Of a DNA stretch of 64,000 nt, positions 37,001-47,738 are shown one piece after another. Position 1 is the first letter of the stretch, and the number at the start of each line of letters is the position of its first letter. The position numbers and the translations under genes were made by a program. The notes below the pieces were generated by a model that searched no databases, had not been told where the DNA came from, and saw only the letters and a program-made list of their open reading frames with translations. This DNA is from a virus (Duplodnaviria > Caudoviricetes): the IMG/VR virus record IMGVR_UViG_3300030708_003106, positions 27,618-91,617 of that record. One strand, given 5' to 3'.

Positions 37001-40000
37001 AAAAAGAATATGTTAATTTAACCAGCGGCGGTTCTGGTACTCAGGTTTTTAACTATCCAGACATTACAGTTTCTTTGGTAGGTAGTGTTGGTATATCTTC
37101 TGTTGGCGAAGAAAATTTTGAAGCAGTAATTCAACCCATTTTTAGAGGAGAAGTCACTTCAGTACATCTAACGGATAATGGAGTTGGTTATGGATCTTCG
37201 GAAATTATTAATTTTGAAAGAACTCCATTAGTAACTTTAACTACTGGTACTGAAGCACAGTTACTTCCAGTGGTTAGTGGTGGAAGAATCACAGAAGTTA
37301 TTATCTTAAATGCAGGAAAGAATTACACGAGTATTCCTGATTTAACTATTGAGGGAGAAGGTATTGGTGGAGTTTTAACTCCGGTTATTGAAAATGGCAG
37401 ATTTACCTCAGTTAAAGTGGTTCATGGAGGAATCAATTATACTCAAGAAACATCTATTGTAATTAATTCGTCTGGTCAAGGAGTAGAGTTTAAACCAGTT
37501 TTACAAAAATGGACTATCAACTTATTTGAGAGACATTTTGATAATTTCACTTTAGACGATGGATTCCTTACAAATGGAAATAATGATTCTTATGGTCTTC
37601 AATATTCTCACATATATTCCCCTAGAAAATTAAGAGAACAATTATTCTCAGTCGATCAAGGTGGAAATACTTTATATGGTAAAACTGATTTAAGAAAGAT
37701 TAATAGTATTGAATCTACTTCTGCAGACCATTCTCCCATTATTGGATGGGCATATGATGGAAACCCAATATATGGACCATATGGATATTCTAAGAGAAGT
37801 GGTGGATCTGTAGTATTAATGAAATCTGGATATGAATTAAATATTTCCGAAGACAGACCACCGACTAGTGTTTTCCCAGAGGGTCTTTTTATTGAAGATT
37901 ATGAGCACAAAAATGTTGTAAGTGAATCTACTCTTGATGAAAACAATGGTCGTTTTTGTGTAACTCCAGAGTTTCCTGAGGGAACTTATGCATATTTTGC
38001 TACAATTAGTAATGTTTCAGATACTTCTGGTCCATTTTCAAAATACAGAAGACCAATTTTCCCATACTTAATTGGAAATTCTTTTAAAAATTCTGCAAAC
38101 ATTTCTAATTTTTCAGGAAATGCAAATCAAGACTATATTGACCTTAGCAATTCCGAATGGTCTAGAGTAATTAATCCATACAACTTAATAGAAAAAGATA
38201 GTAATTATTCTTATACATTCATTCCCAATAATTTATTGCAAACAATTGACATTGAATCTATTGCTCCTGGAAGCATTAATTCTATTGGTATTAGTAGTGG
38301 TGGAAATAATTATAGAGTTGGTGATCAGGTAGTTTTTGATAATTCTAATACACAGGGAAGTGGTGCCTCTGCAGTAGTTTCTTTGGTAGATGGAAAAGAG
38401 GTTAATAGTATTAGTGTTGCTACTACTACTATTACTGGAGTTGAAATTTATCCAGACGGTAAAAATCAATACTTGGTTATTGCTGATACTCCTCATAGTT
38501 TACAAAACGATGATATTATCAACATCACTGGATTCAATACAACTTCTTCTTACTTAGAAAATTCATATTCTGCTGGCATTACTAGTGCTCGTCTTGTAGT
38601 TGCAGGATTGAATACAACTGGATATGGAATAAGTGCTCCTTCAGTTACTGGAATTGTTACTTATTTCAGCGTAATTGGAGAATTGTCAAAGGTAAGAGAA
38701 AATGACATTTTAAACATCCAAACTGAAAAAGTTAAAATTCTGAATGTTGATCACAGACTTTCTAGAATTAGAGTTTTAAGAGAGGTTCAAGGAACAACAG
38801 GTTCTGCTCATACTGCAACTACATTCTTATTTGAGGATCCAAGAAAGATAAGAATAAGTGCTAAGAAAAAATTAAATAACACCAGCATAAGAGAGAATAG
38901 ACAACTTTATTTTGATCCCAGTGAAAGTGTTGCCTTAGGAACATCTTTTGGAGTTGGAATTGGCACGACCATAAGTTTTTCAAATCCAGGAGCTGGATTA
39001 ACTGAGACATTTGTTCCAACAAAATCTATCTACTATCCAAATCACAATCTTGCTACTGGTGATGTATTAACTTACAATTTTAGTAACGGTAGTGGAATTG
39101 TAGTTGCTGAAGAAGGTAATGTTGGAGTAGGAACTACTCTCAGTGATGGGCAGAATTTGTTTGCAGTTAGAGTAAGTGAAAACTTAATTGGTATTTCCAC
39201 TGTAAGGGTAGGATTAGATACTAGTGGCACTTTTGTAGGCGTTGCAAGCACGTATAGAGACTCTAGAAGTCTTTATTTTGTTGGCGTTGGAACTGGAGTC
39301 ATTCATAGTTTTAAAACGAATTATGATGTTCTTACCGCAGAAGTTAATAGAAACATAGTAACTGTATCTACTGCATCTAATCATGGAATAAGTCCTGAAC
39401 ATGCTGTAAATATTACAGTAAATCCAAAAAATACAATTACACATGTTGTAAAATATAATGATCATCACAGAAAGTTAATTATTAATCCACAATCATTTGT
39501 TGCTGGTGATGTGAATATCAATGAAAATACAATAACTCTCGAAAGTCATGGATTTGTAACTGGAGATAAAGTAATTCACACTTCCTCTAGTGCATCTGGT
39601 GGTTTAACTCATAATCAAGTTTATTTTATTGTCAGAGTTGATAATAATAATGTGAAATTAGCAACCTCTAGGTATAATGCAGTTCAAATTATACCAATCG
39701 TTGTTGATATTACTAGTGCATCCTCTGGAATAATCAATCCAATAAACCCAGCATTAAAAGTATATAAAAATTCTACTATTATCTTTGATTTAAGTGATTC
39801 TTCTTTATCATATATCAACTTCTCCACAAAATATCCAGCATTTGATTTTAATTTCTATGTAAATTCAAATTTTGCAAAAATTTGGGATAAACCAAATGAT
39901 TCTAAAAATTTCTATGTAATAAAAGAGGGAGAAGTTGGAGTTTCAGCTAATGCAAAAGTAACACTAATAATTGATGAAAAAGTACCAGATGTTTTATTCT

Positions 40001-43000
40001 ATAAATTATCACCAGTTTATGAAAGCGATATTCCTGAGAGAAAAGAAAATGTAGTAACTGATTTTGAATCTTACAATGCAGCGCAGATTCAAGTTGAGAA
40101 TAGCGTTTATTCAGGAAGACACTCAATTTCTATTGGTTCTTCAACAGAATTTACTTACACACTAAAAGAAATTCCAGAAAAAACTTCATATAGTTCAACA
40201 AATTCAGATTTAAGTTATAAAACTGATTGTACTCATACAACAGGACCAATATGTCAAGTATCCATTACAAATAAAGGTAAGAATTATTATTCATTACCAG
40301 GTATTAGTAGTGTAAGATCAAAAACTGGAACAGGAGCTCTTTTAGAAGCAAATAGTTCTGATATTGGAAGAGTGAAGAGAACAAAAATTAATGATATTGG
40401 ATATGATTTCCCAACGGATACTACCTTAAGTCCAAGTGTTAATCTACCTCAGGTCATTAAGGTTACATCTTTGGCATCGATAGAATCTATTGGAGTCAGT
40501 TCGGTTGGTAGAGGTTACTTAACATCACCTAAGTTACTTGTCTTTGATGCTGAAACTGGAAAATTAGTTGAAGACTTAGATCTTCAGTATGATCTCGGAA
40601 CAACAGATGTTAAAATACTCAAAAATACTTATGGTATTAGTAATTTAACTCCTAGAATTATACCTGTACATAATAGTAATGGAGTTGGTATTAGTACAAT
40701 TTCATATAATACTTCAAACAAAAATGCAACTGCAACTCTTTCTAAAGAGTTTAGTGATACAAATAATTTCCCATTCAAGGTCAATGATAAGATCTTGGTT
40801 GAAAATGTTAGTATTGGTGTTGGATCTACCGCAAGAGGATATAACTCATCTGAGTATGGGTATAATTTATTCACTGTTGTATCCACAGATGAAAATATTG
40901 GTGGTGCAGGTGCTACAGTTACGTTTAGTCTTTCTGAGTATTATGATGATAGTGTAACTACTCCAGGAATATTTGACTCTCTTAATAATTCTGCAGCAAA
41001 AATTATTCCAGAAAAACATTTCCCTCAGTTTAATATCACTTTGACCACTAATGATTTTGGTATTGGTGAGGAAGTAAAATGTGGATCTTCTGCTGGAATT
41101 GTCGAGTCCTGGGATCCTAGAAATGGAATTCTGAGAGTATCTGCGAAAGAAGACTTTTCTCAAGGAGAAATTGTAAAGGGTTTATCTACAAAGACACAAG
41201 GAATTGCTTCTAAAGTATATTACAGTGAAGGATTCTTGAATTTAGATGCAAAATCAAAAGTTGTTAGAGGATGGCAAGTAAATTCTGGATTCTTGAATGA
41301 TGATCTGCAAAGAATTCAAGATAGTGATTATTATCAAAATTTCTCATATGCATTAAAATCTAGAGTTCCATATCAGACATGGAATGAATCGGTTTCAGCA
41401 CTGAATCATACTGTTGGACTTAAGAAGTTTTCAGACTATCAATTAGAGTCTTCACCTAACTCCTCTTCGATGGTAGTTGGTATTTCGACAGAACTTACTT
41501 CTTTCCAAATTGTAAGTGATCTTATTAGTGTTGCTGATCTAAATTGTGTATATGATTTTGATCTTGTTAAGGAATCCACTTTTGAGATTGGAGATGAAAC
41601 TCTCACTACTGAAATAATATTTGCAAATAGAACTTTAACAGATTTTGAAGAATCTGTTGGAAATAGAGTTTTAAATATTGATGATATGAGTGGATTATTT
41701 AATAGTAATCCAAGAGCTACTCCATATGAAGTAGTATCTTCATTCAATATTGATAGAGCAAGGGCAATGAAATTCCTGACTCTTGTCAAGGATAGAAGAT
41801 ATACTACTCAGAGACAATTGTTAATAGTTGATTTGGTTCATGATGGAGCAATTGCTTATACTAATCAATATGGAAGAATGGAATCTGCATATGATCAAGG
41901 ATCATTTGATTTTAATGTTTTTGGTGATTCTGGGCAATTATTGTTCTATCCAACTAATTTTGCTTTAAATGATTATGATGTTTCTACTTTAGCATATCGC
42001 TTAGATGATGATTTAATTGGATATGGTACAACTAACATTGGACCAACTGTCATCAAAAATGATACAGTTTCTCTTGCATCTGGAATAACAACAACGATTG
42101 TTTCTATAGCAAAAACATATTCTTCTGCAAAGGTATTAATAGAACTAACCCCAGATACTAATAACACTGATAGATATGAATTTAATCAATTAAACGTTGT
42201 TCACGATGGAACTGATGTTTCATTTGTAGAATATGCTCCATTATCTACATCTTTAAATGAATTTGCTGTAGCAGGTCTTGGTACTTATAATGCATATCTT
42301 GAAGGTAGTAGTTTAAAAGTAGACTTTACTCCAGGATTCAATGTTGGGGTGGGGAGCACTGGAATTATTAATACAATAACGATTGGATTAGCAGACGCTA
42401 GCAATACTGGCGTTGGTACTCATGTCATGAAGCACGCTAGGTTGGAAACAACTACAACATCCATTAGTGCTTCAGCCAATCCAACTCAACATGTTATTGC
42501 AGAATATCAAACAGATACATTTACTGGTTATGATGGTGCATACTGCTTTATTCAGGCACATGATGAATCTACGAATGGTTATCAGTTCTCTGAATTTATT
42601 GTAATTGATGATTATATAGAGGATATTCCTAATCCAGAAACATATGACACAGAATTTGCTTATGTAGAAACTTCTGCCGGCGTTGGTACGATAGGATCTA
42701 GAATTCTTACAAACTCTGTCGGTATAGCAGCAACAGTGCAGATTTTATTTACACCAATTCCAGGAACTCCTGTCAAAGTCAATACATTTTTAAATGCGAT
42801 TAGAGGTCAAGATGACACTCAATCTATTGTTACTTACCATGAAGGAACTGTAAAAACTGGAATAGGACTTTATGAAGGAACCGAAAGAGACATTAAGAAA
42901 GCATTTGAACTCTTTCATAGAGGAGATCCAATATTCGAAAGAAAATTTGTTGGGAATGACACCAATATAGTTGATACAGATAATAATGTTATTATTATTC

Positions 43001-46000
43001 CAAATCACTTCTTCGTTACTGGAGAAAAAATTAAATATTTCCATGGTGATAAAGGAATTGGAATTTCAAATACCAGTTTCCCTGGTATTGGTGTTACAAA
43101 CAGACTTCCAGAAGATTTATATGTAGTAAAAGTTGATAATAATAAAATTAAAATTGCAACAACCGCAGAAAAAGCATTAAAATCTGCTCCAGAAGTTGTT
43201 GATTTGACAAGTGTTGGTATTGGAACATCACATAGATTTGTGATGCAAAATCCAAATAACAAGTGTATCATTTCTCTTGATAATAACATTCAATCTCCTA
43301 TTGTCGCATCTTCTACAACTACTAGATCATCTGAGAATGTATTTACTACAGACGATTTAATTAAATTTGATAGTACTAAAGATTTCTTGGGTGGTGATCT
43401 CATTAAGATGAATAATGAGATCATGGCAATTGAAGCAGTTGGTGTTGGATCTACTAACATGATACGAGTTCGTAGAGCAAGACTTGGAACATTTGTAGCT
43501 GGATACTCTACCGGAACCCAAATTACTAAAGTCAGAGGAAACTTTAATATTGTTAATAATACACTTAACTTTGCGGAACCACCTTTTGGAAATACTCCTT
43601 TAGGAACTACAACAAATCCACCAGATGAGGTTGATTGGGTTGGAATATCTACAGGTTCAAGTTTCCATGGAAGAGTTTTCTTACGTTCTGGAGTACCAAA
43701 TACTTCTACAGATCCATATAGCAAAAATTATATCTTTGATGATATTTCTGAAAACTTTGACACTCAAACTAATGAATTTATTCTCAAATCTGAGGGTCAG
43801 AATGTTTCTGGAATCAGTGCAGACAACGCAGTATTCTTAATTAACGATATATTCCAAGGTCCTGGAGAAACTAAGGATTATAAGTTGACTGAAAGTGCTG
43901 GAGTAACGACAGCAACAATTAATGGAGTTCCTCAATCAGTAACACATGATGTTGGCATTTCTAGTTTCCCAAGAGGAGGAATTATTCTTTCAGTTGCTGT
44001 TGATTCTAAGGGAAATGCATATCAACCTTTAGTTGCTGCTGGTGGCACAGCAGTTGTTTCTGCTGCAGGAACAATCGCATCTATTGGAATTGGCAACAGT
44101 GGATCTGGTTACAGAGCAGGTATTCAAACTGTAAATGTTTCTATCAGAGAGAAGAGCATCGATGCTAATAACATTGTTGCAATTGGAACTGCTCAAATAA
44201 CTGACGGTCATATTACAGGAGTTGCTGTAACTAATGGACAAGTATTCTATGCTCCTAGAAATCTTTCAAACTTCCTTTATGACAATACAACTGGAATTTC
44301 TACAGTAACAACAGCAACTGCACATAATTTATCCATAGGTGATGAAATTACATTCACTGGAATTGCAATGACTTGCGATTATGCACCTCAGGTAAATGTT
44401 GTAAATGCAGTTTATGATAATACAACTGGAATTGTAACAATTACTACTGATGCTGATCACAAGTTGCAAGCATCAGGGCAAAGAAGTACAGTTATTTTAT
44501 CTGGTATTGGATTCACATGTGATCTTGATTTAGGTATTGGAACACATTATTATCCAAGATCCACCGATCCTGCTTACTGTGGTGCTGCTGTTATTAGTGT
44601 TGCAAGTACAACAGAATTTACTGTTGGTGTTGGTTCTCATGTAACACCTCACTTCTATAATTCTGGAGGAACAGTACAAGCGGCTGAGGTATTCCCCAGA
44701 GCTAGTGATGAAATTAAAGCAAATTCCTCTGCATTTGTAACCAAAATCAATAGCAGCACTGATTTTGAAACTAATGTTGGACTATCAACAAGAGTTCACT
44801 TCTACTCAAGATGTGGAAATGTTCAAAAAGTATTTGACGTTGAGTTTGATGATCCACTGTCATATACAAATATTCCTCTTGTATATACTTCAGGTAATAC
44901 TGGTCCTGGATTAGGATCAGAAGCTGTTGTTGATATTGTAGTTGGTCAAGGATCTAGCGTTATTGACTTTAACTTCAAACAATATGGTTATGGATTTAAA
45001 CCAAGCGAATCATTGACAATTCCATTTGGAGGACTCACTGGAATTCCAACTACTTCAGGATACACTGAATTTAAATTGATTGTTGATGAAGTTTTTAGTG
45101 ACAAATTTACTGGATGGTCTGTTGGAAAACTACAGTCTTTAGATAGTATTGATCAATATATTGATGGTTCTAGAAATTCTTTCCCATTATCAGTCGGAAC
45201 GAATCAAATTTCAATCGTTGCGAAACGAGGATCTTTAATTAATGTTCAAGATGTATTATTAGTGTTTGTTAATAACATACTTCAAGTTCCTGGAAAGGGA
45301 TATACTTTTGAAGGAGGAAGTACTATAACATTCACTGAATCAATTAAAGTTGGGGACGATGTAAAGATTCTCTTCTATAAAGGAAGTGGTGATGTTGATG
45401 TTATTCAACAAGAAATTATTGAAACTGTTAAAACAGGAGATAATCTTCAAATTGGTTACGATAGTTCTATAGGTCAACCTTCTTATTTCCAAGAAGAAGA
45501 AAGAAGTGTAGTACAAATAACTTCTGTTGACTCTATAGATACTAATCCATACTTTGGTCCTGGCAAAAATAGTGATTCTAGCTTACTACGTCCTGTTGTT
45601 TGGTGTAGACAAACTGAAGATAAGATTATTGATGGTATAGAAGTTGGTAAAGACAGAGAATTATATGAACCAATTATTAAACCAACCGCATCTCTTATAA
45701 AAACTGTTGGAGTAGGACAATCTATTCTTTATGTTAATCACGTTAGACCATTCTTTGATGGTAGAAATGAAAATGACACTTCTCTTGAATTCCAAAACAC
45801 TGTTGTCCTTATTGGAAATGAAGAAGTAACTGGTGCAGCTGCAACTGCAGTTGTTTCTGCTGGAGGATCAATAACTTCTATTGTTATTTCTGATGGTGGT
45901 TCTGGATATACATCTACACCATTAATAAGTATAGGTGGAACAGGATCGAATGCAGCAGCTACTGCGTCAGTGACTGCTGGGGTAGTAACTAGTATTACTA

Positions 46001-46740
46001 TTTCAAATGGTGGATCTGGGTATTCTCAGATAACACCTCCACCAATTTTAATTACTCCACCAGTCGTTAAGAGAGAAGTAAATGAAGTATTCTCATATAA
46101 TGGAGATTCTGGAGTTATTGTCGGATATGGTGCTTCTACTTTTGATCCAGGTGGAAATAAAATCATCTTAGATCTTCACATTCCTTTTGACTCAGATCTC
46201 AGAAATCCAGTTCTTGTTGGATCTGCAATTACTCTCACTTCATTAACCGCAGGTGATTATTTCTTGGTTCAAAACTCTATCAATAGATTAGAAGGTAATG
46301 AAAAGTTTGAAACATTTGCAGCAAATGATTTTAATTTCGTAAATCAAGTTGGAGTTGCAACCGATAATATTGATACAATATATCAAGTAGAATCTACTGA
46401 ATTAGTAGAAACCTCAATTAGTGGAATTACTACAACTGTTAAGAGAATTTTCACCAGAATAACTGGTATTGGATCTACAGCATATGATTCTACTTTAATT
46501 ACAAAAGATTCTACTGCATTTACTTATGATTCTGTTGGTAATGTCTATACTGCAGGTATTTCAACTAATTCCGAACATTATTTTGGTGATTTCTGTTGGG
46601 GTAAAATAACTTTAGTTGGAAGATCTGAGCAGAATGAATTTAAATCATATTCTGGTCAAATAGACTTCAGAGTTGGCATTTCTACTTCGGATATTGTTCA
46701 AAGAGATATTGCTTTGAAATATAAGAACTACATAGTCTAA
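34033..46740 (+). CDS. gp7: Giant baseplate wedge initiator (gp7-like)
   Basis: 4235 aa between gp6 and gp8; FYLAKGT...ILFKALY; IQDSDYYQNFSY; many GSGY beta modules. Confidence 0.8.
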   Translation: MSEKRVQLNNIVKSQLPNYVRDEFPLIEEFLEQYYIAQEFQGAPVDLIQNIDKYIKIDETTNLTESAFIGVGIDEFDETITVSGSLSPQGTRGFPDSYGLLQIGDEIITYTGKTDFSFTGCIRGFSGVTSLKDDFNTDQLVFKTSESSSHESGSEVKNLSVLFLKEFLQKTKRQILPGIENKSFNEDLNEKLFLKNARDFYLAKGTDRGFEILFKALYNEDVKIVKPSELLSTPSNAQWRVTNDLVVEPIFGDPEKLQGSTLFQDPYGSKINKAYGPITFVEKINVGAGQTYYKLVFDAGYNRDIRVSGSIYGDFQVQPKSKVIGKVSAGSSAIIVDSTVGFESDGELYLNYEDNTVGIISYRSKTLNQFLDCTNINSDIPDSTPIGINTFAYGTASFDDNELIEVRINSVLSDLEVTENAYLQGRGDTAKIKTFGVDDDSFKAKNWLYNVSPSYKVNTFNLLDSSDNTYNLNLNVNHYFYLGDGIELIYSNGQKKTATVIGIPSGKSITVRGQGQLSENLTYTVKKSIRRVTSNSFVNASIYTANIQNLYRSKKNKDNYLVASGSLPNYNSQPIVTTNRSITFSGTFIGDELTISPLDHGFYTGDAVYYTSNGNSSLFDDGLYFVERVNRNTVKFALSRSNLYNSKYITFENSVTILNNTITPFDLKNKTLTSQKILREINPPNETTLPSTTNPGFTGIFVNGVELLNYKSGDSINYGKIEKINITSPGYNYDVVNPPTLIVSDQVGTGATGYAAFSGVLKEIRVIDPGFDYISAPTVKITGGNGKGAKASPTMRQTVHSVPFSSTLNVTTGATNSTIGFSTYHKFRVGEPVIYRTGSQKAISGISTGSIYYTSIVNSNTVKLHETRGDALAGINTVTLSAVGEGNHNLESVNRKLLVDSISVIDSGSGYENKKRTVLPVGINTATNVITIKDHDYESGEIVKYTSEGTEISGLNSGSEYYVTKVDNNSFKLSNINVGVSTVKELFYKEKEYVNLTSGGSGTQVFNYPDITVSLVGSVGISSVGEENFEAVIQPIFRGEVTSVHLTDNGVGYGSSEIINFERTPLVTLTTGTEAQLLPVVSGGRITEVIILNAGKNYTSIPDLTIEGEGIGGVLTPVIENGRFTSVKVVHGGINYTQETSIVINSSGQGVEFKPVLQKWTINLFERHFDNFTLDDGFLTNGNNDSYGLQYSHIYSPRKLREQLFSVDQGGNTLYGKTDLRKINSIESTSADHSPIIGWAYDGNPIYGPYGYSKRSGGSVVLMKSGYELNISEDRPPTSVFPEGLFIEDYEHKNVVSESTLDENNGRFCVTPEFPEGTYAYFATISNVSDTSGPFSKYRRPIFPYLIGNSFKNSANISNFSGNANQDYIDLSNSEWSRVINPYNLIEKDSNYSYTFIPNNLLQTIDIESIAPGSINSIGISSGGNNYRVGDQVVFDNSNTQGSGASAVVSLVDGKEVNSISVATTTITGVEIYPDGKNQYLVIADTPHSLQNDDIINITGFNTTSSYLENSYSAGITSARLVVAGLNTTGYGISAPSVTGIVTYFSVIGELSKVRENDILNIQTEKVKILNVDHRLSRIRVLREVQGTTGSAHTATTFLFEDPRKIRISAKKKLNNTSIRENRQLYFDPSESVALGTSFGVGIGTTISFSNPGAGLTETFVPTKSIYYPNHNLATGDVLTYNFSNGSGIVVAEEGNVGVGTTLSDGQNLFAVRVSENLIGISTVRVGLDTSGTFVGVASTYRDSRSLYFVGVGTGVIHSFKTNYDVLTAEVNRNIVTVSTASNHGISPEHAVNITVNPKNTITHVVKYNDHHRKLIINPQSFVAGDVNINENTITLESHGFVTGDKVIHTSSSASGGLTHNQVYFIVRVDNNNVKLATSRYNAVQIIPIVVDITSASSGIINPINPALKVYKNSTIIFDLSDSSLSYINFSTKYPAFDFNFYVNSNFAKIWDKPNDSKNFYVIKEGEVGVSANAKVTLIIDEKVPDVLFYKLSPVYESDIPERKENVVTDFESYNAAQIQVENSVYSGRHSISIGSSTEFTYTLKEIPEKTSYSSTNSDLSYKTDCTHTTGPICQVSITNKGKNYYSLPGISSVRSKTGTGALLEANSSDIGRVKRTKINDIGYDFPTDTTLSPSVNLPQVIKVTSLASIESIGVSSVGRGYLTSPKLLVFDAETGKLVEDLDLQYDLGTTDVKILKNTYGISNLTPRIIPVHNSNGVGISTISYNTSNKNATATLSKEFSDTNNFPFKVNDKILVENVSIGVGSTARGYNSSEYGYNLFTVVSTDENIGGAGATVTFSLSEYYDDSVTTPGIFDSLNNSAAKIIPEKHFPQFNITLTTNDFGIGEEVKCGSSAGIVESWDPRNGILRVSAKEDFSQGEIVKGLSTKTQGIASKVYYSEGFLNLDAKSKVVRGWQVNSGFLNDDLQRIQDSDYYQNFSYALKSRVPYQTWNESVSALNHTVGLKKFSDYQLESSPNSSSMVVGISTELTSFQIVSDLISVADLNCVYDFDLVKESTFEIGDETLTTEIIFANRTLTDFEESVGNRVLNIDDMSGLFNSNPRATPYEVVSSFNIDRARAMKFLTLVKDRRYTTQRQLLIVDLVHDGAIAYTNQYGRMESAYDQGSFDFNVFGDSGQLLFYPTNFALNDYDVSTLAYRLDDDLIGYGTTNIGPTVIKNDTVSLASGITTTIVSIAKTYSSAKVLIELTPDTNNTDRYEFNQLNVVHDGTDVSFVEYAPLSTSLNEFAVAGLGTYNAYLEGSSLKVDFTPGFNVGVGSTGIINTITIGLADASNTGVGTHVMKHARLETTTTSISASANPTQHVIAEYQTDTFTGYDGAYCFIQAHDESTNGYQFSEFIVIDDYIEDIPNPETYDTEFAYVETSAGVGTIGSRILTNSVGIAATVQILFTPIPGTPVKVNTFLNAIRGQDDTQSIVTYHEGTVKTGIGLYEGTERDIKKAFELFHRGDPIFERKFVGNDTNIVDTDNNVIIIPNHFFVTGEKIKYFHGDKGIGISNTSFPGIGVTNRLPEDLYVVKVDNNKIKIATTAEKALKSAPEVVDLTSVGIGTSHRFVMQNPNNKCIISLDNNIQSPIVASSTTTRSSENVFTTDDLIKFDSTKDFLGGDLIKMNNEIMAIEAVGVGSTNMIRVRRARLGTFVAGYSTGTQITKVRGNFNIVNNTLNFAEPPFGNTPLGTTTNPPDEVDWVGISTGSSFHGRVFLRSGVPNTSTDPYSKNYIFDDISENFDTQTNEFILKSEGQNVSGISADNAVFLINDIFQGPGETKDYKLTESAGVTTATINGVPQSVTHDVGISSFPRGGIILSVAVDSKGNAYQPLVAAGGTAVVSAAGTIASIGIGNSGSGYRAGIQTVNVSIREKSIDANNIVAIGTAQITDGHITGVAVTNGQVFYAPRNLSNFLYDNTTGISTVTTATAHNLSIGDEITFTGIAMTCDYAPQVNVVNAVYDNTTGIVTITTDADHKLQASGQRSTVILSGIGFTCDLDLGIGTHYYPRSTDPAYCGAAVISVASTTEFTVGVGSHVTPHFYNSGGTVQAAEVFPRASDEIKANSSAFVTKINSSTDFETNVGLSTRVHFYSRCGNVQKVFDVEFDDPLSYTNIPLVYTSGNTGPGLGSEAVVDIVVGQGSSVIDFNFKQYGYGFKPSESLTIPFGGLTGIPTTSGYTEFKLIVDEVFSDKFTGWSVGKLQSLDSIDQYIDGSRNSFPLSVGTNQISIVAKRGSLINVQDVLLVFVNNILQVPGKGYTFEGGSTITFTESIKVGDDVKILFYKGSGDVDVIQQEIIETVKTGDNLQIGYDSSIGQPSYFQEEERSVVQITSVDSIDTNPYFGPGKNSDSSLLRPVVWCRQTEDKIIDGIEVGKDRELYEPIIKPTASLIKTVGVGQSILYVNHVRPFFDGRNENDTSLEFQNTVVLIGNEEVTGAAATAVVSAGGSITSIVISDGGSGYTSTPLISIGGTGSNAAATASVTAGVVTSITISNGGSGYSQITPPPILITPPVVKREVNEVFSYNGDSGVIVGYGASTFDPGGNKIILDLHIPFDSDLRNPVLVGSAITLTSLTAGDYFLVQNSINRLEGNEKFETFAANDFNFVNQVGVATDNIDTIYQVESTELVETSISGITTTVKRIFTRITGIGSTAYDSTLITKDSTAFTYDSVGNVYTAGISTNSEHYFGDFCWGKITLVGRSEQNEFKSYSGQIDFRVGISTSDIVQRDIALKYKNYIV

Positions 46741-46766
46741 ATATTTTTAAACCAAAAGGTCTATAA

Positions 46767-47705
46767 ATGGCAAGATTAGGCATAAACACCGGTATAGGTG
46801 CAAATGATGGAACAGGTGATTCCCTCAGAATTGCCGGTGGTAAAATTAATACTAATTTTGAAGAAATTTATGATTACTTTGGTGACGGATCTAATTTAGC
46901 ATTTAAAAACAGTGTTTGGGAAGAAACTGCTGTTGGTATTAATACTCTGGCAAAGGTTGGAATTGGAACAACAAATCCAACTAAAACTCTAGAAACACTT
47001 GGTGATGTTGAATTTGTTGGCAACGTAGAAATAACAGGAATAATAACTGCAACAACATTTTCTGGAAACTTTCTAGGTAATATCACTAGTGCAAATTATG
47101 CAAATGCTGCAGGTATTGCAACTAATGCAAATTATGCAACTCTTGCTGGAGTCTCTACATATGCACATACTGCTGGATTTGCAACAGATGCAACAAATGC
47201 AGTAAATGTTATTGGAACTGGCATTGGATCTTTTTATGAATTGCACAGTACAGGAATAACAACCCTGTCTGCTAGTGGCGGTATTACAACTACTGGTGGC
47301 GACTTATATGTTGGTGGAGACTTATATGTAAAAGATGATATTACGTATGATGAGGTAAATATAAGCAGAAATCTAAATGTTACTGGTATTGCTACTCTTG
47401 GTGTTGTTGGTGTAGCAGGTTCCTTAACTGTAGATGACAAATATTATGGCGATGGAAGTAGATTAACAGGAATAGCTGGATTTGCGACTGCATTATCTCC
47501 AGATCCTGCATCATCTTTAAACGCATTCTTTAAAACACCAAAGGAAATCATTGTCAAAGCAGGGGAAAATATTCTTGTAGCATCAGATGACACTAGTGGA
47601 AATTTAGTATTTGCAAGAGAAAAAAATATTAGAGTCGCTAGTGGTGGTACTATGACAGTTGGAGCTGGAACCACTATCTTATTAAATGTGTTGAATATTT
47701 TTTAA
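46767..47705 (+). CDS. Baseplate/fibre connector with gp9/gp10-like N-terminus
   Basis: ANDGTGDSLRIAGGKINTNFEEIY; CTAAATA at 46737. Confidence 0.7.
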   Translation: MARLGINTGIGANDGTGDSLRIAGGKINTNFEEIYDYFGDGSNLAFKNSVWEETAVGINTLAKVGIGTTNPTKTLETLGDVEFVGNVEITGIITATTFSGNFLGNITSANYANAAGIATNANYATLAGVSTYAHTAGFATDATNAVNVIGTGIGSFYELHSTGITTLSASGGITTTGGDLYVGGDLYVKDDITYDEVNISRNLNVTGIATLGVVGVAGSLTVDDKYYGDGSRLTGIAGFATALSPDPASSLNAFFKTPKEIIVKAGENILVASDDTSGNLVFAREKNIRVASGGTMTVGAGTTILLNVLNIF

Positions 47706-47738
47706 TAAATAAAAGAAGCAAAAAAGATTAGAATCAAG

